Notes: a model not told the origin generated them from the sequence alone. DNA of 64,000 nt from Candidatus Poribacteria bacterium (GCA_965261115.1 OZ253447.1:647625-711624); one strand, 5' to 3'. Numbered from the stretch's first letter, positions 19,123-29,371 are shown. Translations and numbers: made by a program.

Positions 19123-19335
19123 CTTAGTACCAAAAACGTAGTTCGTAATGTAATGGAGAACGGATAAACGGAATGGAACACTAAAGCATCAACCCTCTCT
19201 AACCGAACCGCAAGGTAATATAAAAATTCTTCTTAGCATCAAAAACGTAGTTCGTAATGTAATGGAGAACGGACATACGGAGTGGGACTCAAAAGCATCA
19301 ATGCCCCCTAATCGAACCGCAAGGTATTATAAAAA
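19123..19335. repeat. Two direct copies of a ~110-bp intergenic repeat (CAAAAACGTAGTTCGTAATGTAATGGAGAACGGA...CGAACCGCAAGGTAATATAAAAA)
   Basis: Seen directly between trmB and the epimerase gene; the 3' motif CGAACCGCAAGG also occurs upstream of the PhyH gene at 61463. Confidence 0.75.
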
Positions 19336-20076
19336 AAGGTGGAGATGTGTTTTAACCAGATTGTCTTGGGGTTGATACCCTAACACCTCAACAGCACCAC
19401 TGATATCAAGGTAACTCTGCTGATACCCATCAGAGTTCGCAGACCGTCCATAAGTAATCAGATACTTAACCGGTCCATCATAATCAACAGCCAAGCCAAA
19501 GAGTTGGACACAATCTCGTGGCGTAAGCAGTGTGCTACAGTGCCGAATCCCACTCGGCTCATAAGTCCCATTGAAACTTCCAATACGGATGCTAACGAAC
19601 CGCATATCGTGCGCATCAACGAGATACCGTCCCGCAATCTCTGCCATCCCCTTCATCGCCCCATACCAACCATCAGGACGAAACTGATCGCCCGTCGAAA
19701 ACCGAGGCGGCGAATTCAACCGCTCATTCCAACCCGAAACATGATTCGTACTGGCGTATATAATTTTCTGAATCCCGCCCTCACGTGCCGCTTCAAAGAG
19801 CGTCATAGACGCGCCAATGTCGCTAACCTCACCCGGAACCTTTCCGAGCGAATCTTGGCGTATATAAGCCAGATGCACCAACACATCCTGATCACGGCAT
19901 AGCTCCTGCATCGCGGGGTAGTCCCGAATATCCGCTTGCACCACGCGGGAGTTTGCATCCGCAATCGGGTTAATATCCATCAACGTTAATGTATAAGTAT
20001 CCTGTTCTTCCCACGCCTTCCAAAGCGCGGTCCCGACTGTACCAGCCGCACCTGTAATAAGTACGCGTTGCTTCAT
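19327..20076 (-). CDS. NAD-dependent epimerase/dehydratase family (SDR) protein
   Basis: N-terminal Rossmann motif VLITGAAGTVGTAL; SDR-like body. Confidence 0.6.
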   Translation of the reverse strand: MKQRVLITGAAGTVGTALWKAWEEQDTYTLTLMDINPIADANSRVVQADIRDYPAMQELCRDQDVLVHLAYIRQDSLGKVPGEVSDIGASMTLFEAAREGGIQKIIYASTNHVSGWNERLNSPPRFSTGDQFRPDGWYGAMKGMAEIAGRYLVDAHDMRFVSIRIGSFNGTYEPSGIRHCSTLLTPRDCVQLFGLAVDYDGPVKYLITYGRSANSDGYQQSYLDISGAVEVLGYQPQDNLVKTHLHLFL

Positions 20077-20084
20077 ATCTTCCT

Positions 20085-20216
20085 CTCAAAGTCCCCCTGA
20101 TAAGGGGGATTTAGGGGGTTTTCCTCCACTCAAAGTCCCCCTGATAAAGGGGGATTTAGGGGGTTTCTGCCCCTCAAAGTCCCCCTGATAAGGGGGATTT
20201 AGGGGGTTTCTTAAAA
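20085..20216. repeat. Three tandem copies of a 44-bp unit CTCAAAGTCCCCCTGATAAGGGGGATTTAGGGGGTTT containing a perfect hairpin (TCCCCCT-GATA-AGGGGGA)
   Basis: Seen directly. Single copies of GATAAGGGGGATTTAGGGGG at 25130-25158 (+), 36400-36436 (inverted) and a partial copy at 44334-44349. Confidence 0.8.
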
Positions 20217-20253
20217 ATACCAAAATTACTATTTTTTCGAAAGTCCCCTAAAA

Positions 20254-22971
20254 CTATTCCCCATTTTCAGTCTCCAATGCCGCCATAATATCCGCGTGCA
20301 CCGCTTTCGGATCAGCCACCGGCTGGACATAGAACCGATCAATCGCCTGTCCACCCAACCCAGAACATTTACACATCTCAACGTTCAATCCGAGTTTCGC
20401 CAAAATACCGCTGAAGTAGTGAAGGAATCCCATCTTCTCCTCACCGACAACGACAATCTCTGAGTAACTCCGTGCCGTCTCAACAGTGACATCATCAACC
20501 TGCCATGTATCATTCAGATTCACATAGTGCTTCTTAAAAACCTCCGCAAGTGTAACCTCCTCTGCAAGGAGACTCCGGATGTCAAAGTCAAGGTCCCGCT
20601 TGAGTTCCTCATCAAGCGGCATCGGCTCCCCTTGATGATGAAGCGGTTGATGCACAAGTCGATAGATCTCAAGCTCAATATTCGTATCCTGTTTCGTATA
20701 GACGCGCGCGTCTCGGACATCTATGCCGTTCGCAAAAAACAGACCGCTCACCGTGTGCAACTTCCCAATCCGGCTCGGACTACAGAGATGTAGCTCCGTA
20801 AATCCGGGACGGTCAACAAATTGGACGATCCCTGTGATGGATGTCGATTTCACTTCCGTAACGGTGGCTTCCGCCTGCGTCGTCATCTTTATATGCATAG
20901 CGATCTCCTCAGGAGAAACACTAATACGGTAGGAAACCGGCATGTGGTGAAGGAATTGCTGAAATTCTTCAACAGGCGCAAAGGCACCCCACTGCGTCTC
21001 CTCTTGACCCACAAAGCGAGTCCGAGCGACTTCATATAAACTCTTCAGATTATGTTTAACCACATGGCTGAAGTTCTGTGAACCGTTGGCTTTGGAATCA
21101 CAATAGGTGAGCAGATACAAGGCAGTTAAACGCTCCAACGAATTAACCTTCTTACAGAATTCGGCGATCGTGCTTTCATCCCAATGGTGATAGCGTGCCA
21201 AATCTATCATTGCCAAGTGTTCCCGAATCAGAAAGCAAATCTCGTCCGTCTGTTGCGAATTGAACCCAAATCCCGGGGCGATGCGTTCCGCTTTTTCCGC
21301 ACCGGTTATCGGATGACTCGGATCCGGCTTATCTATATCGTGAAGGAAAAGTGCCATATAGAGCGGGCTTGGATCCGAAAGCGAGCGAAATGCAGTGTTG
21401 AGTTCCTCTAATTCGGAAGTCGGGGACGGCGACACCGGTGAACCAAAACCGCCCGCCCCACCAAACGGGCTACTCGACTCCGTCTGCCGAATTTCATCAA
21501 GATACCCAATCGCAACAAGCGTATGTTTCCCAACCGTATACGGATCAAGACTCCGTTCGCTCCGCGTCATCATCGCCCTCTCAAACAGTTCCCCACCTTC
21601 CCCTAAATGTGATAAAATATTGAGTCTATGCAAACGTGTTAAGGTCTTCGCGAGATCCCCCGGCACATTTAACAACTCTGCCATCCGCTTCTGGAAAATA
21701 CCCCAATCAAACGCATGAACATAGCGCGAAATAAATGTCGAAAGCGAGGCATCAATCTCAAAATCGTACTGTTGAAAATAGGTGAACAACGTAAAGAGTT
21801 CGCCCGCATCAAGTTCACCGAAGTTATTATCAATACAGTATAGCAAATCCGTCCGCACCGCAAGCACATCCGAGATAGGAATCCCGTTTGCCAGCATCTT
21901 CCGGGTTAACAACTCCGCTTTAAAATGCAGATATTTTGCCTTCGCGTAATATTCCGCCATGAACGCGTAACGTCCCTCGTCGGTTTCATCTGTGAGTCCA
22001 AGGACGCGAGCGATCTGTGCCTGTAGCATATCCTCCCGCTCAGGATGATAGGTCAGATCATCGTGTGGTGCATCGGCAAGCACATGGAGCAAATTGCGCA
22101 CCTTGAACATGAAATCAAGAGACGGCATTAGCTGCGCATCGTCGTAGCGTTCGTAGAGTTCAGGGATTGACGTAAAATCCGGCAGTCCGCATATCCAGAG
22201 TGCGTATTGAAGCGTCCGAAGCCCACCCCGTCCGGTTTTCACATTCGGTTGATTGAGATAGATGGTGTCCTCAGATGCCTTGAACGCATCCGCCTTAGAT
22301 TTCAACAGATCCAGCACAAGTGAGATATCCGATTTTTCGGAGTGCACCGCCTTTCGGAAACGCTCCGTCAGTGCCGCATCACCCACAATAAACCGCATAT
22401 CAATCAACGCCGTCATATCTTGATAGTTCCACTGCGCTATATCTGCGAGCGGTCGATAGATAAAACTGAACTCAAATCCCGGAATCACCGAGTGGAGACT
22501 GTCAAAAAAATCGTAGAACCATCGGATCAGTTCAAGCGTGCTTTCATCGTAAATATCCTCTAAATCCACAGAGGAAGTATAAACAACATCCACATCCGAA
22601 AAATAGCAAAGCTCATTTCTACCGTAACTGCCGACACCATAGAGCGCGACATCCGGCACCCATTCCTCCAATTCTGCCTCTAAATCGGCGGTATCAACGT
22701 CTGGAAGTTCCTTCAGCACGTCAATCTGCTTCTGGTATTCATCCCGAATCTGGAAGGCGGCAACCTCATAAACCTTCTGAATCACGACATCCCACACCCG
22801 GGCATGTATCTCACAAGCACCAAAACCGCTTTCGCCCGCCAAGATACGGGCTTTCAGCTGCTCCCGTTCGGATTGGATAAAAGCCGCAAGTTGTTTTTGC
22901 AACGCCTCAAAAGATACATCCAAGTCCGGCACATAAGTATTGAGTCGTTTTCCGATCTGTGTACTATCCAT
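20254..22971 (-). CDS. glnD: [Protein-PII] uridylyltransferase / uridylyl-removing enzyme GlnD-like (NT domain, HD domain, two ACT domains)
   Basis: Nucleotidyltransferase motif GVGSYGRNELCYFSDVDVVY near the N-terminus, central HD-like region (LFLHDIDKP), two C-terminal ACT-like domains; 905 aa matches GlnD. Confidence 0.6.
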   Translation of the reverse strand: MDSTQIGKRLNTYVPDLDVSFEALQKQLAAFIQSEREQLKARILAGESGFGACEIHARVWDVVIQKVYEVAAFQIRDEYQKQIDVLKELPDVDTADLEAELEEWVPDVALYGVGSYGRNELCYFSDVDVVYTSSVDLEDIYDESTLELIRWFYDFFDSLHSVIPGFEFSFIYRPLADIAQWNYQDMTALIDMRFIVGDAALTERFRKAVHSEKSDISLVLDLLKSKADAFKASEDTIYLNQPNVKTGRGGLRTLQYALWICGLPDFTSIPELYERYDDAQLMPSLDFMFKVRNLLHVLADAPHDDLTYHPEREDMLQAQIARVLGLTDETDEGRYAFMAEYYAKAKYLHFKAELLTRKMLANGIPISDVLAVRTDLLYCIDNNFGELDAGELFTLFTYFQQYDFEIDASLSTFISRYVHAFDWGIFQKRMAELLNVPGDLAKTLTRLHRLNILSHLGEGGELFERAMMTRSERSLDPYTVGKHTLVAIGYLDEIRQTESSSPFGGAGGFGSPVSPSPTSELEELNTAFRSLSDPSPLYMALFLHDIDKPDPSHPITGAEKAERIAPGFGFNSQQTDEICFLIREHLAMIDLARYHHWDESTIAEFCKKVNSLERLTALYLLTYCDSKANGSQNFSHVVKHNLKSLYEVARTRFVGQEETQWGAFAPVEEFQQFLHHMPVSYRISVSPEEIAMHIKMTTQAEATVTEVKSTSITGIVQFVDRPGFTELHLCSPSRIGKLHTVSGLFFANGIDVRDARVYTKQDTNIELEIYRLVHQPLHHQGEPMPLDEELKRDLDFDIRSLLAEEVTLAEVFKKHYVNLNDTWQVDDVTVETARSYSEIVVVGEEKMGFLHYFSGILAKLGLNVEMCKCSGLGGQAIDRFYVQPVADPKAVHADIMAALETENGE

Positions 22972-23180
22972 TTCCCCTCACCCCTAAGAATATATTAGCG
23001 TAGTCCAATTGTAGCGTAGTACCTCCGAGTAACGAAATGACTAAGTGTTCACTTAAACGCATTATACATCAAATACGGAAAAAAAACAACTGTCGTTTCA
23101 ATCGCGCTTCCTAAGAACGCTACTTTTTCCTTGACACGCTTTTCTAACCTTGTTAATATGCAAAATCGGAGGAACCTGAA

Positions 23181-24242
23181 ATGAGCGACACCAAACATCG
23201 CGTAGCCATCATCGGGTGTGGACGGATGGGGCAGAACTATGCAGAAGCCTATACCACCTATCCCGACACAGAAATTATTGCGATCGTCGATGCCAATACG
23301 GAACGGCGGGAGGTCCTCGGTACGCGCTTCAATGTTGAGGCACTCTATTCAGATGTAGAGGCACTATTGCGCGACATCGTACCAGACATCGCTGTCGTTG
23401 TTACGCCTACCAAATACATGAAAGATGCCGTAATCGCCTGCGCAGAAGCCGGCATCAAAGGCATCTCCACCGAGAAACCGATCGCCGCCCGTCTCGAAGA
23501 TGCCGATGCAATGGTCAACGCGTGTGCTGAACGCGGCATCGTGTTCGCTGGCGGCAATCTGCAACGCGCAATGAACGAAGTCCAAGAAGCCGCATCCCGA
23601 CTCCATAACGGCGAATTTGGCGACATCAAGGGCGCGACTGTTCACGGATTCGGTGGCGAAATCTCCGGCGGCGGATGTCAACACATCTCGGTCCTACGGC
23701 TTTTCACCAACGCCGAAGTTGAGGAGATCGTCGCATACGGAACACCACCTGAAGCGTTAAACGCGGAAACCGATGAAGGTCTAATCATCAACGGACATTT
23801 CCAACTTACAAACGGGTTGACATGTAGTGTCTTCGGGACACAGACGCCCTGCCGCGGCGTAGACGTCTGGACAGACGAATGCCTCGTCCGCTGGGACTGG
23901 AACCCCCCAGAGATTTTCAAAGGCTATGACCCAAACGGCAATCGTATCCGCCTCGAACCCAATTACAATCCGTATCCCTGGAACGAATTCAGTTACCTCA
24001 CCGGTTCAATCCGCTCCTTTTTGGCAGCAGTTGAGGGCAACGGACACCCCTGGATTACTGGCGCGGATCTCCGACAGGCGTTAGAGGTGGCAATCGCGGC
24101 GAAACTCTCCGCAACCCGAAACAGTGTTCCCATCAAATTACCTCTGGAGGACAGATCCTTAGCACTCTACCCACGTCCCTACCGATGGCTCGGTGGCGAC
24201 GCAACCGGTAAACCCCAAAGTATCAAAGAAGCAAAGTCGTAG
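23181..24242 (+). CDS. Gfo/Idh/MocA-family NAD(P)-dependent oxidoreductase
   Basis: RVAIIGCGRMGQNYAEAY Rossmann N-terminus; GGAGG SD. Confidence 0.75.
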   Translation: MSDTKHRVAIIGCGRMGQNYAEAYTTYPDTEIIAIVDANTERREVLGTRFNVEALYSDVEALLRDIVPDIAVVVTPTKYMKDAVIACAEAGIKGISTEKPIAARLEDADAMVNACAERGIVFAGGNLQRAMNEVQEAASRLHNGEFGDIKGATVHGFGGEISGGGCQHISVLRLFTNAEVEEIVAYGTPPEALNAETDEGLIINGHFQLTNGLTCSVFGTQTPCRGVDVWTDECLVRWDWNPPEIFKGYDPNGNRIRLEPNYNPYPWNEFSYLTGSIRSFLAAVEGNGHPWITGADLRQALEVAIAAKLSATRNSVPIKLPLEDRSLALYPRPYRWLGGDATGKPQSIKEAKS

Positions 24243-24290
24243 GCACGCTCCGACGTGCCGTCCACATAGCAATAAGCACGCTCCGCGTGC
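24242..24290. repeat. Two copies of hairpin repeat GGCACG(C)TCCG(A)CGTGCC immediately after the stop codon
   Basis: Family (A)AGTAGTAGGCACGCTCCGCGTGCCGTAAC also at 27842-27870, 46810-46838 and a degenerate copy at 46985-47012, always just 3' of a stop codon. Confidence 0.7.
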
Positions 24291-24308
24291 CGTAACAGGA
24301 GAACAACG

Positions 24309-25097
24309 ATGAACGAAGATCAGAAATATCTATTCGATTTGACCGGATTCCTCATCGTCGAAAACGCCCTGACAGCCGAAGAAGTCGCACAATGCAACGC
24401 AGCCATTGACCATCACATTGAGGCACTCAGAGAACGTGATAGCTCACTCGCAGGCGGCTCACCCGCACTTGTCGGCACAGCACACCGGATGGACATGGGC
24501 GGTATGCTCGCATGGGAGAAACCGTGGTGCGAACCGTTCCGAAATCTCCTCGTGCATCCGAATGTTAAACCCCACCTTGAAGAAGCATTGGGCAAACAGT
24601 ATCGACTCGACCACGGTCCCGGTTTAATCGCCATGGAAAAAGGGACGGAAGGCGGCACTTTACACGGTGGCGGGATTGAACGCCCCAATTTCTCCGAAGC
24701 CTATTTCTTCAAATATGGACGGATATACACAGGTTTGACCGTCGTCGAATACATGCTTGCCGATGAAGGTCCCGGCGATGGAGGCTTAGCCATCATACCC
24801 GGAAGCCACAAGGCAAACCTCCCCTGTCCGAGCAGCATGAAGCGATACGAACAATATCAGAATCTGGTGCTTGAAGTCAATGCTAAGGCTGGCGATGCCG
24901 TGATTTTCACTGAAACCTTGACACACGGCACGCTTCCGTGGAAAGGCAGCCATCAACGGCGTGCACTTCTCTACAAGTTCAGTCCTGGATTCCAGTCTTA
25001 TGGGGTCGGGGCACACCAGGTTACGTATCCCGATTACATTGAGGATATGTCCCCTGAACAGCGAGAAGTTATGGAGGCACCCCACATCCGTCACTAA
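24309..25097 (+). CDS. Phytanoyl-CoA dioxygenase (PhyH) family Fe(II)/2OG oxygenase
   Basis: PhyH-like sequence incl. IIPGSHK; AGGAG SD. Confidence 0.6.
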   Translation: MNEDQKYLFDLTGFLIVENALTAEEVAQCNAAIDHHIEALRERDSSLAGGSPALVGTAHRMDMGGMLAWEKPWCEPFRNLLVHPNVKPHLEEALGKQYRLDHGPGLIAMEKGTEGGTLHGGGIERPNFSEAYFFKYGRIYTGLTVVEYMLADEGPGDGGLAIIPGSHKANLPCPSSMKRYEQYQNLVLEVNAKAGDAVIFTETLTHGTLPWKGSHQRRALLYKFSPGFQSYGVGAHQVTYPDYIEDMSPEQREVMEAPHIRH

Positions 25098-25177
25098 ACC
25101 CGTTCAGGACTTACGCAGCGCCTCTTAGAATCCCTCTGATAAGGGGGATTTAGGGGGTTAGAAATAAGGAGAAACCC

Positions 25178-26119
25178 GTGTCAAATCTACGCGTTGCTGT
25201 CATCGGTTGCGGCGGCAGAGGCCGCGGCCACATGAAAATCCTCTCCGAATTTGACGATACTACCCTCGTCGCTGTCTGCGACCCTGTTGAAGCGGCACGA
25301 AACAACGCCGCGGATACGTTCAACGTTTCAAACCGCTATGAGAGCATTGACGAACTATTGGACAGTGAAACCTTAGACGCTATTTTCGTCGCGACACCGG
25401 CGCACCTCAACGGTGAGGCAGCACTCCCGTGCTTTGAACGCGGTGTCCACACGCTTTTAGAGAAACCCCCAGGGATGAGCGTCTCTGAGACAGTCGCCTT
25501 GCGTACTGCAGCAGAACGGACAGGTGCGAAAGGGATGGTAGGCTGGAACCGTCGCTTCCATCCGATCATCGTTGAAGCAAAACGCCAAGTTACCGCACGC
25601 GGTCCTGTCACGCAAATCGTCGGGGAATTCCACAAGAGTATTACCCGACTGACAGGCAGATTTCCAGAACATCTGATGGACAACATGTTCTTGGAGACAC
25701 CGATCCACGCCCTTGATACGATCCGTGCCGTAGCCGAAGCCGACGTCCAAGAAGTGCATAGCGTCGTCCAACGGGCGATTTCAGATTACAAGGATGTCCA
25801 CGCCGCACTCATTCTGTTTGACAACGGATGCGTCGCACAACACATCGCCAACTACACCACAGATGCACGTCTCGAACGCTACGAGATTCACGGGAGAGAC
25901 ATCTCGGCTTACCTCGAAGGCGTCTCCCAAGGCACCGTTTTCTGTGATGGAACGCAGCACAAACTCACTGAGGCAGGCACCGGCGGCACCGTTGAGCAGA
26001 ACAGATATTTTTTAGATTGCGTCAAATCCGACACCCCAGTTTCGTTCCCAGCAGCGAATCTTGACGAAGCCGTTAAAACTATGCAACTCGCTGAAGATAT
26101 TCTAAACGGACTGCGTTGA
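25178..26119 (+). CDS. Gfo/Idh/MocA-family oxidoreductase
   Basis: GTG start with AAGGAG SD; RVAVIGCGGRGRGHMKIL N-terminus; EKPPGMS motif. Confidence 0.75.
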   Translation: MSNLRVAVIGCGGRGRGHMKILSEFDDTTLVAVCDPVEAARNNAADTFNVSNRYESIDELLDSETLDAIFVATPAHLNGEAALPCFERGVHTLLEKPPGMSVSETVALRTAAERTGAKGMVGWNRRFHPIIVEAKRQVTARGPVTQIVGEFHKSITRLTGRFPEHLMDNMFLETPIHALDTIRAVAEADVQEVHSVVQRAISDYKDVHAALILFDNGCVAQHIANYTTDARLERYEIHGRDISAYLEGVSQGTVFCDGTQHKLTEAGTGGTVEQNRYFLDCVKSDTPVSFPAANLDEAVKTMQLAEDILNGLR

Positions 26120-26269
26120 GAAAATTCGCGTCCCGTGGAAGATCGGAACGGTTGGAAGGATGAAACCTCTCCTTTCCAGCCTTCCCATATTCCAGTCTTC
26201 CAATCCCAGACGCAAACGAATGGATTCTGTGTAAGCCTTAAAATTGAAAATTGCTTGAAAGGAAAACCA

Positions 26270-27094
26270 ATGCCAACATTAGAAGAACGCTTTGAAGCCT
26301 ATAAAACCGACGGCTTCGCAATCTTTGAAAAGGTCTTTGACGAACCCCAAATGCAAAATTGGCGCGAGAAACACGCAGAACTCTCCGCAGCCAACGACGG
26401 ACAAACCTGGTTCGGCAATACCCTCGAACTGGCACCTGAACTCATGTGGCCCGCCGTCTCACACCCGACAATCCTTGAATTTATAGAAAAGGTGATGGGT
26501 CCCTTTGTGCAATTAGATAACCTCACACTCGCCGCGTTTCCACCCATGGAAAAAGAAAAAGCGGAGGGTAGGGTCTCCGGGTGGCACCGCGACCGATGGG
26601 CACACGTCCCCTACACCGACGCCTATCACCGTCCGAACGCCATCAATGCCATCTCCTATCTGCAAGACCTAACACACGAATTCGGACCCCTCCGCGTCAT
26701 TGTCGGTTCGCATCGGAAACCGATTACCATGGAAGACTCACAACGCGGCATCCCACATCCCGATGAAACACTCATCCACATGGGAGCTGGGGATGTCGTC
26801 ATCACACACAACGGACTCATCCACTCCGGCACACCGAATACTTCTGACAAGCTACGCTATTTCTTCAGCATCTACTATAATCTGACATGGCTGAAACATA
26901 CCGATCACCACACGGGTCCGCACACCCAAAAATTATTGGAAACCGCAAGAGCCGCAAATAACCATCAACACATGCGACTCCTCGGTGTCGATGAGCAACT
27001 CCAACCGCGATGTAACTCCGGCTTCCTCCAATCCGATGAAGAACGCTGGGAAGAATGGGCAACAACCGACCGCGACGCAATCAAGGAGGCATAA
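26270..27094 (+). CDS. PhyH-family dioxygenase (start moved to the ATG at 26270 with AAGGA SD)
   Basis: WHRDRW and VIVGSHRKP motifs. Confidence 0.6.
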   Translation: MPTLEERFEAYKTDGFAIFEKVFDEPQMQNWREKHAELSAANDGQTWFGNTLELAPELMWPAVSHPTILEFIEKVMGPFVQLDNLTLAAFPPMEKEKAEGRVSGWHRDRWAHVPYTDAYHRPNAINAISYLQDLTHEFGPLRVIVGSHRKPITMEDSQRGIPHPDETLIHMGAGDVVITHNGLIHSGTPNTSDKLRYFFSIYYNLTWLKHTDHHTGPHTQKLLETARAANNHQHMRLLGVDEQLQPRCNSGFLQSDEERWEEWATTDRDAIKEA

Positions 27095-27097
27095 CCG

Positions 27098-27841
27098 ATG
27101 GCAAATCCTGTAGTGCCACCAACACTCAACGTCGAACTCGATCACCAATTGCAACAAGAGGTCAACTTCTTCCTCAACTGGGGCTACCTCGTTGTTGACA
27201 ACGCCGCAACACCTGAACAGATTGAATCGCTACGCGCGGCACTCGATGAAAGCTACGAACGCAGAGACAAAAGCCAATTCATCGGGGAACTGCTTGAGGA
27301 AGACGACCGGTTCGCTTTCCTGCTCGACAATCCACCGGTCATGAAACGGATGGAAGCCATATTAGGCACCTGTGTCCAACTCCACAGTGCAACAGCACGC
27401 ATCACCGAACCCGGAACACCAGACCAGCATTGGCACCGCGATGGCCCCTGGCCCGTCGCACCCAACGGAACACCCTACGGGAGTCTACCAGCACAGATTA
27501 ATTGCGGCTATTACCTCGACGAAGTTACCGACGACAACGGTCCCACGGTTATCCAACCGGGTAGCCACAGAGCACCCTTCCGTCCACCGCCAACGCCTGT
27601 CGAATTGCCCGATGAAAAACGGGTCCTCGTCTCCCCCGGACAAGCGGTTATGTTCGACGGATGGACATGGCACCGAGGCGCAGCGAACAACTCCTCACAA
27701 CGTCGGCGCGTCTGCCTGATGTGCTACCAAAACGCCTGGATGAAATCCCGCGAACCCTTTGACGGACCCCGCGTCACCAAACTCCGAGAAGAAGGCACGC
27801 CGCAGCAGCAACTCTTACTCGGCGCAATCCCAAAATGGTAA
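27098..27841 (+). CDS. PhyH-family dioxygenase
   Basis: HWHRDGPW and IQPGSHRAPF motifs; AAGGAGG SD. Confidence 0.65.
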   Translation: MANPVVPPTLNVELDHQLQQEVNFFLNWGYLVVDNAATPEQIESLRAALDESYERRDKSQFIGELLEEDDRFAFLLDNPPVMKRMEAILGTCVQLHSATARITEPGTPDQHWHRDGPWPVAPNGTPYGSLPAQINCGYYLDEVTDDNGPTVIQPGSHRAPFRPPPTPVELPDEKRVLVSPGQAVMFDGWTWHRGAANNSSQRRRVCLMCYQNAWMKSREPFDGPRVTKLREEGTPQQQLLLGAIPKW

Positions 27842-27885
27842 AGTAGTAGGCACGCTCCGCGTGCCGTAACCAACGGAAATTATAT

Positions 27886-29340
27886 ATGAACCTCGCTTAC
27901 ATCGTCATCGACACACTCCGCTACGACTACATCGGCGCAAATGGAAACGACTGGATAGAAACACCGAACATCGATCGGTTCGCTTCCAAGGCCTGGGCTT
28001 ACGACCGCGCCTTCTGCGCTAGTTTCCCAACCATCCCATACCGAACCGATGTCATCACCGGACAATACGGCGCACCCTTCCACGCATGGAAACCGCTCCG
28101 ACACGAACGTCAAACCTTACCGTGGACGCTTGCACAAAACGGATACGCAACACAACTCATCCACGATACACCGCATCTCGTCAACGGCGGACACAACTTC
28201 GACTGGCCCTTCCACGCATGGACATTCGTCCGCGGCGCAGAAGTCGATCGAGACTGGATTATGGACACCGACCCCTGGCCCGATAACTGGACCCGCCAAT
28301 CCCTCTTCGATTGCATCGACGACAAAGCCGCCGAATCAGGCATGCTCCGCAGCTACGCCCGCGCAAACAGAAACCGCAAAAAACCGGAGGACTGGAACTG
28401 CGCAAAACTTTTCAATACCGCCGCCCAATTCCTCAAAGATAACGCCAAACGCGATAACTTCTTCCTCTGGATAGACTGTTTCGACCCGCACGAACCTTGG
28501 GACTCACCCCTTGAATTCATGAAAAAATACGACAAGCGACCCGGCTATGACGGGCGCGTCGATCCACGGAGCCTCGGCGCACGCGGCAACGCGGAACTCT
28601 CAGACGAAGCGAAACAACACATCAAAGACCAATACGCCGCGAAAACGACATGGATGGATCACTGTTTCGGACAGTTCCTCGATGCCCTCGAATCCACTGG
28701 ACTCGACAAAAACACCGCTGTCATTTTTACCGCTGACCACGGCACAAATGTCGGTGAAAGAGGTAGGTTTGGCAAGGGGCAACCTGTCCGTCAACAAGAA
28801 GCACACGTCCCGCTTTTCATCCGTCTCCCCGAAGGCGATACCGGACGGAGCAACGTCATCGTCCAACCCCAGGATTTCTTCCCAACGATCCTCAATATTT
28901 TGGGAGAGACGCGCCCTGACGGACTTGAAGGACACGATATCTTAACACCCGCACGCGACGGAAAATCCGGCGACAGAGAACTTGCCCTCTCAGGTGGAAG
29001 CATCGAACGCTGGCAGCAAGCATCACAAAACGAAAACGCGATCCTCTTCACCGCATTCAGCCAAGAATGGAGTTTAGAGGTCGCCGCAAAACCCGAAAAC
29101 TCAAAACTCGTCGGGCTTGGCGAGTTAGAATATGTCCAAGACAAGCACCCAGACATCGTTGCGAAACTCCACGCCGCCGCCGTCGATGAAATCGAACGCC
29201 GCGGGACCGATCCGGCACTGATGGCATGGCTCCGAAGTGGGGGTGAAGCCGCATTCCCTGCCGAAGCCAATTACTGGGACGGCTTCCCCGGCCCCGAAGG
29301 TTACCGCCCCTATTTCGGCAAACTTTATACTGGAGAATAG
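27886..29340 (+). CDS. Sulfatase-like hydrolase (alkaline phosphatase superfamily)
   Basis: N-terminus IVIDTLRYDYIGANG... and overall fold-family resemblance. No canonical C/S-x-P-x-R FGly motif seen (FCASFPTIPYRTD instead), so the substrate is uncertain. Confidence 0.5.
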   Translation: MNLAYIVIDTLRYDYIGANGNDWIETPNIDRFASKAWAYDRAFCASFPTIPYRTDVITGQYGAPFHAWKPLRHERQTLPWTLAQNGYATQLIHDTPHLVNGGHNFDWPFHAWTFVRGAEVDRDWIMDTDPWPDNWTRQSLFDCIDDKAAESGMLRSYARANRNRKKPEDWNCAKLFNTAAQFLKDNAKRDNFFLWIDCFDPHEPWDSPLEFMKKYDKRPGYDGRVDPRSLGARGNAELSDEAKQHIKDQYAAKTTWMDHCFGQFLDALESTGLDKNTAVIFTADHGTNVGERGRFGKGQPVRQQEAHVPLFIRLPEGDTGRSNVIVQPQDFFPTILNILGETRPDGLEGHDILTPARDGKSGDRELALSGGSIERWQQASQNENAILFTAFSQEWSLEVAAKPENSKLVGLGELEYVQDKHPDIVAKLHAAAVDEIERRGTDPALMAWLRSGGEAAFPAEANYWDGFPGPEGYRPYFGKLYTGE

Positions 29341-29371
29341 AACATCCAGTCCCTTTCTTTGCAGGCGGGGT

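Noticed and set aside
20085-20216. Possible CRISPR array
   Set aside because: The 44-bp units directly abut with no unique spacers, and the unit is itself a hairpin that recurs as single dispersed copies. This is a REP-like tandem repeat, not CRISPR; no cas genes are present.
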